From assembly GCF_988243305.1 (NCBI RefSeq), contig NZ_OZ547136.1: DNA of 64,000 nucleotides. One strand, given 5' to 3'. Within the stretch, counting starts at the first letter, position 1. Each line of letters starts with the position of its first letter. Shown piece by piece: positions 19,058 through 26,142 of this stretch. The notes beneath the pieces are model-generated. The model was given only the letters and a program-made list of their open reading frames with translations, was not told the DNA's origin and ran no database searches. The translations under genes and the position numbers were made by a program.

Positions 19058-19480
19058 TCAGAAAAGCCGGGGCTGCGTGCGCTCCTGATGCAGGCGACGC
19101 TGGTTGCGGATAACGGAGTAAATCTGCGTCTCTGACATCTGGTAATGGCGGCGCAGGGTTTCAATTTTTTCGCCCTGGCTCCAGCGGGAAAAAATTTCAT
19201 TATTGCGCAGTTCGGTGAAAAGGGATTCACCGACCGGGAGATAATAACCACGCCCGCCCATGTACCCGGCCTGTGCGGCTGCAACCTTACGGGCAAGCAT
19301 TCCCGCCTGAGCAGGTTCAATCCCCTGACGGTGCAGTTCAGCACTGATCACATCAACCAGGTCCCGCAGCGTGCCGGGCCAGTTCTTTTTCAGCTCATCA
19401 TCAGGAATATCATCCAGACGGTCAATCAGCGCGTGCAGCTGTTCGCTGTCACCAAACATGCTCATCTGTGTTTCAGCCAT
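19058..19480 (-). CDS. Mor/C-family transcriptional activator
   Basis: 140 aa, C-terminal region resembles Mu Mor/C as I recall it; located between gemA-like gene and lysis genes. Confidence 0.7.
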   Translation of the reverse strand: MAETQMSMFGDSEQLHALIDRLDDIPDDELKKNWPGTLRDLVDVISAELHRQGIEPAQAGMLARKVAAAQAGYMGGRGYYLPVGESLFTELRNNEIFSRWSQGEKIETLRRHYQMSETQIYSVIRNQRRLHQERTQPRLF

Positions 19481-19550
19481 ACCCGCCTCCGGTCATCATT
19501 ACACAGGGCAAGTTTAAAATAAAAATCCCGCGCTGTGGCGGGATTTGGGG

Positions 19551-20063
19551 TTAAAAGGGGGAGGATTCTTCATACAGCCTGCAAACGCGCTCATAACTCA
19601 TCACTGTACGCGCTGACATCCCCAGCACATCCAGCATCTTGCGGCGGTGCCAGCGTTTGAGACGCTCCAGCACATCAGAGGCCAGCGCGGGGTGTTGTTC
19701 CAGCCACTGCCAGTTAGCCACACCTTCGCCGCCGTTCTGAGCGACCGTCTGCGATTTCACCCAGCGGTTAAGGGCTGTTTCCCCGCCATCAGAGATAAAG
19801 CCCTGCCGGTGCATCACCTTCCAGATGGCGCGAATTTTGGCGGTCACCGTACCCGGTTTTAAGGCCCGGTTAACCGGCTTCTGACGCACTTTAAAACCGC
19901 GTTTTTTGAAAACATCCAGCACGCGGGATAACTCATCCGGTGACATATCCCGGCAACTGGGTTTACCGGTGGCTGCCAGTAGTACGGATGTGTAGGTCTC
20001 ATGGTCAAGCTGTAGATCGCGTTTTGCGACATGTATTAAGGTAATCAGGGAAGCGCGATTCAT
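19551..20063 (-). CDS. GemA-like protein (Mu gp16 family)
   Basis: 170-aa ORF immediately upstream of the Mor-like gene, Mu order. Confidence 0.65.
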   Translation of the reverse strand: MNRASLITLIHVAKRDLQLDHETYTSVLLAATGKPSCRDMSPDELSRVLDVFKKRGFKVRQKPVNRALKPGTVTAKIRAIWKVMHRQGFISDGGETALNRWVKSQTVAQNGGEGVANWQWLEQHPALASDVLERLKRWHRRKMLDVLGMSARTVMSYERVCRLYEESSPF

Positions 20064-20127
20064 TATCGTGTCTCCGTAACAACAGGCGGCATGGCAACGC
20101 CGCCCGGATAAAACTAAAGGTATCGAT

Positions 20128-20475
20128 ATGAAAATAGATTACGATGAAGTATTAAGTATTCTCACAACTTTTCAGGATGCTGAAACACCTTTCCTTACAC
20201 TACAGGATCTGGGCATGGCTGAGGCAGAAGGAGAGGAAAAGGATAAAAAAGTTTTTCATCTTATGCTTCTCGCTGATAATGGCTCAATTGTTAATGGTGA
20301 TATGCAGTCAGAAACACCCAAATATATTGGTTTCTTTTTCCATTCTCTGGGCGTTGGTTTCAGAAACACGCCCATTATGCTTACCCAGCAGGGGCATGAT
20401 TTAGCTAACGCCCTGAGAAAAAACCAATCCTTGAAAGAATCAAAAAGGAGTTTACAGACGCACCATTTGATCTAA
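20128..20475 (+). CDS. hypothetical protein, opposite-strand AT-rich cargo gene
   Basis: 115-aa ORF with AAAGG ribosome-binding site 8 nt upstream of ATG; only plus-strand gene inside the minus-strand phage operons. Confidence 0.55.
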   Translation: MKIDYDEVLSILTTFQDAETPFLTLQDLGMAEAEGEEKDKKVFHLMLLADNGSIVNGDMQSETPKYIGFFFHSLGVGFRNTPIMLTQQGHDLANALRKNQSLKESKRSLQTHHLI

Positions 20476-20498
20476 TTAAAGAAGTTACCAAATCAATG

Positions 20499-20807
20499 TT
20501 AACCAGGTTCGTCAAAGAACGTATTGGGATTGACTGAACAACTTAATTCAGCCAGTAATCGCAGGGCGGCGACAGCCGCCTGCTTGTCACTTCTTTTAGC
20601 TATTTCCGCAAGAGTATGCACAATCCATAACGGACTTAACGCCACGGCTGAATCCAGAATCATGTCATCCATAATAATTTCTGGCATATCCCGCTTGTCA
20701 CATTCTTTATCCATAAAAGAAACGAATTTCTCTGCATCTTCCGGTTTCATGCCTCCGGCGATAAGGATTTTGCGATATTCATAAGACGATCTTAATTCAA
20801 TACTCAT
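20499..20807 (-). CDS. hypothetical protein (AT-rich cargo block)
   Basis: 102-aa ORF with AGGTGA RBS 5 nt upstream of ATG. Confidence 0.55.
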   Translation of the reverse strand: MSIELRSSYEYRKILIAGGMKPEDAEKFVSFMDKECDKRDMPEIIMDDMILDSAVALSPLWIVHTLAEIAKRSDKQAAVAALRLLAELSCSVNPNTFFDEPG

Positions 20808-20822
20808 TATTCACCTGCCTGC

Positions 20823-21215
20823 TTAATCTGTTTCCAGTGCTTTGCTACGGGCTATAGCCTCACATTCAAAAAATACCGACTCCGGCACGCGCTCTTTTAA
20901 TTCACGAACAAGGAAATCATTAACGCGTTCATGACGTCTTATATTTCTTTCCTTTTCCTCCTGGCGCAATACAGCAAGGCGGTATTCAACAGCCCGGCGT
21001 TGTTTCTGAAAGACAGCCAGTGCTTTTCTGGCAGCATTACGCCATGCATCATCGCCACATGGTGCGTATTCAAGCTGAAATTTAATCTCTTCAATAGTTT
21101 CTTTGATTTTTGCCAGCAAGCTAAGACAGTCGCTTATTGTCTCCAGCTTTTCATTATCAATATAACTTCTCACGCATTCACCTCCCGTAATTCCGGTAAA
21201 GCCGAAATATGACAC
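20823..21215 (-). CDS. hypothetical coiled-coil protein (AT-rich cargo block)
   Basis: 130-aa ORF; start may instead be GTG overlapping upstream stop. Confidence 0.5.
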   Translation of the reverse strand: MSYFGFTGITGGECVRSYIDNEKLETISDCLSLLAKIKETIEEIKFQLEYAPCGDDAWRNAARKALAVFQKQRRAVEYRLAVLRQEEKERNIRRHERVNDFLVRELKERVPESVFFECEAIARSKALETD

Positions 21216-21499
21216 CAGTGCGTCACCTGTCCGTCTTCATCTTCAAGGCAGGCTCCGGTTTCTTCATCAACAAAAAAGCCTTCATACCCCATATGGCCGA
21301 TGCGCAGCTCCTGACGGTGACCATACTGAACAATCAGCACGACAGCCTCCATATCAGGTGGGAAAGTATCATTCAGTGAATGCCAGGGATAACCGCGTAA
21401 ATCCCCGAAATAAACACCGGTCAGCGTTCCGCCACAGAGCGGCATTCCGGCGGCACACACAAGAGGTTCATCTGATTCAACAAATAAGGTCGTTATCAT
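21170..21499 (-). CDS. hypothetical early-region protein
   Basis: 109-aa ORF, start overlaps upstream stop. Confidence 0.5.
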   Translation of the reverse strand: MITTLFVESDEPLVCAAGMPLCGGTLTGVYFGDLRGYPWHSLNDTFPPDMEAVVLIVQYGHRQELRIGHMGYEGFFVDEETGACLEDEDGQVTHWCHISALPELREVNA

Positions 21500-22047
21500 G
21501 GCGTTAACTCCCGTAATACAGCGTCCTCGGCAGTCCGGCGACGGTAATAAACTGCGTGAGCAGAATGTTCAGATATTCCAAACTTTTCGCCAATTTCCCG
21601 GAATGACAGACGGCGTGGGTAATCGGAATCACGCAGCGCACGTATAAGACGTACATCATCATCAGATATGCGCGTGCCGGGGCGTAACTCTCCGCACTTT
21701 GTTAATCCAGCACCAATCATTCCTGCCCGACATCTGACAGAATCTTTATTACGTCCGAGATATTCTCCCATTTGCTGGCAGGTCATTGTTCTGGCATTTT
21801 TTCGAATAAACTTATCTTCATCAGGTGTAAATCTTGGGTGTTTATATTTCAGTAACTCCGGGTATGAACTGCGCAATACACCAGTCCGGTTATATACAGC
21901 CCAGACAGTTCTTTTTATTCTGGCAGCAATATCCTTAACCGGGGTGGATGAATAAAGCGCAATCAGCAGCGCATCTTCTTCAGGTGTCCACGGACGGACA
22001 TGAGCGGGGGCGCGACCTTTTAGTCCCATGGGTTGTAATTTCATCAT
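21496..22047 (-). CDS. hypothetical early-region protein with Myb/SANT-like WTPEEDxxL motif
   Basis: 183-aa ORF; motif resemblance only. Confidence 0.5.
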   Translation of the reverse strand: MMKLQPMGLKGRAPAHVRPWTPEEDALLIALYSSTPVKDIAARIKRTVWAVYNRTGVLRSSYPELLKYKHPRFTPDEDKFIRKNARTMTCQQMGEYLGRNKDSVRCRAGMIGAGLTKCGELRPGTRISDDDVRLIRALRDSDYPRRLSFREIGEKFGISEHSAHAVYYRRRTAEDAVLRELTP

Positions 22048-22050
22048 GCA

Positions 22051-22566
22051 TCACCCCCTGACTCGCTTTTCAGCAGCATAAAACTCATCAGACAGTATTT
22101 CGGTCATTTTCTGTTTTGCGGGTTTTACGCCGCACTGAAGGTAAATCACATCGTCAACGCAGAACCACTTCACAGGGCCAAACAGGATTGCCGAGAAATC
22201 AATACCCAGCCAGAACAACAGCGCATCGGTTCTGGCATACGTGACGGGCGAATATTCACGCCACAGACTGTTCAGTTCATCAGAGGCAACACGCAGGGTT
22301 TTAGGGATACGTGATGTGCGCGGTGTGCAGCTCCAGCCATTCGACGCAGTCGGTTTTCGCCATAAGTCGCGATGAAAAGGATATTTGTCCTCCGTAAAAC
22401 GCAGTCCCTTAAAGCAAAATCCACTGATACCGGATACAAATACCGACCGGCACGCAACATTCAGCACGGCCTCAAGGCGTTTTGCCTCATCCTTAACTTT
22501 CTGGCAGTCCTGCTGGTATTTTTGCCACGCAGCCAGCGCGGAAGGGTTTGATGTTTTAAAGAACAT
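22051..22566 (-). CDS. hypothetical early-region protein
   Basis: 171-aa ORF. Confidence 0.5.
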   Translation of the reverse strand: MFFKTSNPSALAAWQKYQQDCQKVKDEAKRLEAVLNVACRSVFVSGISGFCFKGLRFTEDKYPFHRDLWRKPTASNGWSCTPRTSRIPKTLRVASDELNSLWREYSPVTYARTDALLFWLGIDFSAILFGPVKWFCVDDVIYLQCGVKPAKQKMTEILSDEFYAAEKRVRG

Positions 22567-23099
22567 TACGCCACCTCCGCAGATATCCCGGCAGGCGCTG
22601 CTGTCCGGTCAACAATCAGGTAGCGCAGAACATGTTCAGTGATATTCCAGCCGCTTAAACCGCAGATAATGACGCCCAGGCGTATGTCGATATACGCCAT
22701 CACAAACTGGGGCACGCCTTCTTTCATGGCCTGCTCATCAACTTCAGCCACCACATAAACGGTTTCACAGGTCAGAACGCCCTGAGCAAATTCCCACGCC
22801 ATCGACGGAATATCATGCCCCTCAATCCATGGCAGGGATTTTCTGAAGCCGCACCACTGAACATCATCAGCCGCAGATTCCTGGCTGCATTTGCGACGAA
22901 CCGGCTGCACCGGGCGGGGGCGCGGAATATCATAAAAACCGTTACATTCCGTCAGCACGCCTGCATCAACCGCATCACGCAGAAAATAAACCATGGAGGA
23001 TGGCGGCATATTCATTTTTTCAGCCAGTACACCGCAGGTCAGGCGGCCATAAATACGCAGCCAGTTTTTAACCCCTTCAAGCACTTTTGCATCAATCAT
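22566..23099 (-). CDS. hypothetical early-region protein
   Basis: 177-aa ORF. Confidence 0.5.
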   Translation of the reverse strand: MIDAKVLEGVKNWLRIYGRLTCGVLAEKMNMPPSSMVYFLRDAVDAGVLTECNGFYDIPRPRPVQPVRRKCSQESAADDVQWCGFRKSLPWIEGHDIPSMAWEFAQGVLTCETVYVVAEVDEQAMKEGVPQFVMAYIDIRLGVIICGLSGWNITEHVLRYLIVDRTAAPAGISAEVA

Positions 23100-23244
23100 G
23101 ATTTATTTCCCCACCACATTATTAATGACGATATAAACGTATTTCATATTTCTTAACCCTTATTTTCTGTTTTCAGGCGCAAGCAGTCCCCTGACGCGAG
23201 CGCCATAATTAAAATGAAGTGATATTTAATTGATTAATGCGGTG

Positions 23245-23775
23245 TTATTTATTCAGTCCGGCGTCCTGTTCAAAAGGCTCGACATAAAAACTTTCAGCGC
23301 CTTTATTCACCTTGATACCGGCAATGCCTTTCACCGCATCCGGCTCCGCCAGGACGGCTTCCTTGTTCACTTCCTCTTTCGTGCGGATGAAACGCTCAAG
23401 CCCCATACGGCGCAGCATTTCAATCACACCTTCCACATCACGGCTGACGCTGCATGATGGCGTTCCCAGCCGCCATGACACCGTTCCGGTGGTCAGATTG
23501 GCTGTTTTGGTTTTGCCGCCGTTCGTCAGCTCATCACGGTTGGTTTTGCACCAGTCCTGAATCCCTTTAAAAAGCACTTTGATTTGCTTTTTAAGATTTT
23601 CAATCTGCGGCGTATAACGGGCGGTGATTTCTGCCACTTCGTCATTCATCGCCGTTTCCAGGCGCAGCGCCTCTCGCTGAATATCTCCCAGGGTGCGGAT
23701 ATCACGGCTGACTTCTTCCCGGGTCTGCGGTGCCGCCTCGGCTGCGGCCTTTAATTTTGTAACGCGTTTAGCCAT
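23245..23775 (-). CDS. gam: Gam host-nuclease inhibitor (Mu Gam-like DNA end-binding protein)
   Basis: 176 aa; translation closely resembles Mu Gam as I recall it (…DELTNGGKTKTANLTTGTVSWR…). Confidence 0.85.
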   Translation of the reverse strand: MAKRVTKLKAAAEAAPQTREEVSRDIRTLGDIQREALRLETAMNDEVAEITARYTPQIENLKKQIKVLFKGIQDWCKTNRDELTNGGKTKTANLTTGTVSWRLGTPSCSVSRDVEGVIEMLRRMGLERFIRTKEEVNKEAVLAEPDAVKGIAGIKVNKGAESFYVEPFEQDAGLNK

Positions 23776-23786
23776 TTTGTTTTTCC

Positions 23787-24080
23787 TTATTGCAGTGTGC
23801 CTGATGCTTTATGCACGCGGTGGCGTTTAATGATGGCATCCGCTCCAAAAGACTGTGCAGATGCCTGAAATTCCGCTGAGAGAAACTGAATAATTGCAGG
23901 ACTGTGATACTGGAGAATACTTGCATAAACGTCACAGAGTGACGTCGGCCTGTTATCCGTATCACGTTCTGTTTTCACATCCACTCCAATCTTTTCATGC
24001 ACTTCAACACAGTCATTGCCTGCCAACTTTTCGTCATGCGAAACATGATTAAATTCAAAAATAACGCGTACTTTGCTCAT
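23787..24080 (-). CDS. hypothetical small protein, paralog of adjacent ORF
   Basis: Starts MSKVRVIFEFNHVSH, adjacent ORF starts MSKVVHIIFEYKEHVIH; start set at internal Met. Confidence 0.5.
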   Translation of the reverse strand: MSKVRVIFEFNHVSHDEKLAGNDCVEVHEKIGVDVKTERDTDNRPTSLCDVYASILQYHSPAIIQFLSAEFQASAQSFGADAIIKRHRVHKASGTLQ

Positions 24081-24084
24081 GGAA

Positions 24085-24357
24085 TTACCCCTGTTGATTA
24101 AATTCATTACCGTTAATAACCCCGGAAGCCATGCCTCTGTCTTTCATGAATGCACTGGCTTTCATTGCCACAAGCTCTGCGAAGTTTCTGCTTTCCGCGA
24201 GCATAACCACCCCAAAAATCATGGCGGGTCCATCACCTTTCTGCTTTATCCCGGTTGAACGTATGTCCAGACTTACCCCCATGCGCACTGTTCCATCAGC
24301 GTTTTTATGGATAACGTGCTCCTTATATTCGAAAATAATGTGTACGACTTTACTCAT
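24085..24357 (-). CDS. hypothetical small protein, paralog of adjacent ORF
   Basis: 90-aa ORF, shared N-terminal motif with 23787..24080. Confidence 0.5.
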   Translation of the reverse strand: MSKVVHIIFEYKEHVIHKNADGTVRMGVSLDIRSTGIKQKGDGPAMIFGVVMLAESRNFAELVAMKASAFMKDRGMASGVINGNEFNQQG

Positions 24358-24635
24358 CCTCTGGTCCTCGTTCTGTTTGGATAACTGACCCGGCGTCTGA
24401 CCTCACGGCAGAACCGAATCATGGCATTAAAGGCTTCTTCCTCCGTCACCGCTTCCGGTATCCCCGGAACCAGTAACTGCTCCTGTTCATCACGTCCATG
24501 ACGCGCCATAACCTCAATCACATGCCGTACCGTGGCAGGCTTTCCGGCAACTATCGGCAATGCACCTTCCGGCAGGACGTAACCAAACTCAATAAGACCA
24601 CTCGACCACGCCCATGCAATGAGATTTTTTTTCAC
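24354..24635 (-). CDS. hypothetical early-region protein
   Basis: 93-aa ORF. Confidence 0.5.
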   Translation of the reverse strand: MKKNLIAWAWSSGLIEFGYVLPEGALPIVAGKPATVRHVIEVMARHGRDEQEQLLVPGIPEAVTEEEAFNAMIRFCREVRRRVSYPNRTRTRG

Positions 24636-24636
24636 C

Positions 24637-24903
24637 TCACACCTCCCAGTAAACCGTGCAGCCGCTGATGCGGGTGGCCTTCACACGGCGGCGCAGGCCG
24701 TTGGTCTGTATGGTGATTTCAATTTCACCGGTTCCCTGCACGTTGCCTACCGGCGGCGTGGTTTTCAGTGCAAAACGTTGCGGATAGCGCTTACTGCGTT
24801 CCAGTACCGCACCGGCAAGTTCGGTCAGACGGCGCGCGCTGTTCAGGGAGTCGAATAAATTCATTTTGTTACCGCAGGATTGCATATTCATATAACACCT
24901 CAT
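24637..24903 (-). CDS. hypothetical early-region protein
   Basis: 88-aa ORF. Confidence 0.5.
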   Translation of the reverse strand: MRCYMNMQSCGNKMNLFDSLNSARRLTELAGAVLERSKRYPQRFALKTTPPVGNVQGTGEIEITIQTNGLRRRVKATRISGCTVYWEV

Positions 24904-25131
24904 TTAGCTGACTTGTTTCGCACCAACAGAACGGCATATTCCGCTGTAAACTTCTGTCGCACCTTCGCGATCAAGTCCGGCAGATATCACCATTCGTGTG
25001 CGGTCATTAAATTCAAAAAGTAAATCGCCACATTCTTTATTTTCGGCCAGTGAAATCACCTTCACGTTATCGAAATTAACCAGGTAAAAGCGTCCGTAAA
25101 TATCAGGAATATTAAATACCGCCATAATCAC
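24904..25131 (-). CDS. hypothetical small protein in the Mu kil position
   Basis: 75-aa ORF immediately downstream of B; positional inference only. Confidence 0.45.
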   Translation of the reverse strand: MIMAVFNIPDIYGRFYLVNFDNVKVISLAENKECGDLLFEFNDRTRMVISAGLDREGATEVYSGICRSVGAKQVS

Positions 25132-26069
25132 ACCTGTGAGAGTAATTCAGGGTTGGTATAAACCTCTTTAAAGGCCGCATTAATATGTTTTTCTGTCAGC
25201 GCCGCGCCTTCACCGCTGGCGGTGAGCCACGCCTGGTTAAGCGTATGTGTCAGAACGCGTAACGCTCCCGGCTTTTCAGCGATAGCCTGCATGACGGCCA
25301 GCTCAGCCTCACCACTGATCCCCCACGCCATGGCAATGGCCAGCACATCCGCCTTTTTGGCCTTGCGAAGTTGTTTTGTACGGGCAAGACGGCTGAACAG
25401 GCGCGATAAATCATCAAAGGCGCGGCGTCCACCTTTAAACAATCCGCGCGGGTTACCAATAAGCACCATCCCGATCCCCGTGGCGTCCTGAATTGCCCGG
25501 AGTTGCTCCAGACCGTCAATACCAAGATGATCCGCCTCATCCACAATCACCAGTCCACGCGTTCCCATCAGGCGACGGCGGATGGCGCGGGATAATGCCC
25601 CTTTGTTCGCGCGGGTGTAATCAATCCCCAGCGCATCGGCCAGCTCCAGCAGACACTCCGTGACGCTGGAGTGCGCGGGTGACAGGGTGATCATCCAGGT
25701 GTTTGGTTGCTCCTGGCAGTAATTACGGGCAGTGGCCGTTTTACCCACACCCGGTACGCCCACAATAACGTTAATACAGCCCATCAGGCGAACCGCCTGA
25801 AACAGTGCGCGCAGCTCCTGGACTGTCTGAGTTTCCACAAACTGCGGCGGTTCCGGCAGTGCGCTTTGTTTATTCCAGTTCTCATACCAGGAGCGCAGGG
25901 AAGCAGCCACAGCAGCGTTATCGCCTTTATATTTTCCCTTACGGAAAGCCGATAATGTGCCGTCGGAAATTCCCGCCTCTCTGGCGATGGCATACTGCGT
26001 CAGTACGCCGCCATCAATAAGTTCATCAATGGTCTTGATTACATCGTTAATATCGGTCATATTATTCAC
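25128..26069 (-). CDS. transposition ATPase B (MuB-like AAA+ target DNA activator)
   Basis: 313 aa, Walker A GVPGVGKT, translation resembles Mu B. Confidence 0.9.
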   Translation of the reverse strand: MNNMTDINDVIKTIDELIDGGVLTQYAIAREAGISDGTLSAFRKGKYKGDNAAVAASLRSWYENWNKQSALPEPPQFVETQTVQELRALFQAVRLMGCINVIVGVPGVGKTATARNYCQEQPNTWMITLSPAHSSVTECLLELADALGIDYTRANKGALSRAIRRRLMGTRGLVIVDEADHLGIDGLEQLRAIQDATGIGMVLIGNPRGLFKGGRRAFDDLSRLFSRLARTKQLRKAKKADVLAIAMAWGISGEAELAVMQAIAEKPGALRVLTHTLNQAWLTASGEGAALTEKHINAAFKEVYTNPELLSQV

Positions 26070-26142
26070 CTCGCTTGAGACAGCATTCTCCGAGACTGAA
26101 ACCTCAAATAACCTGAGTCACTCCTCGGGTTATTTTTTTATT

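Noticed and set aside
20085-20104. Hairpin ggcggc-N8-gccgcc considered as an intrinsic terminator
   Set aside because: No U-tract on either strand; lies in the divergent region upstream of both flanking genes, so more likely a regulatory or structural element.
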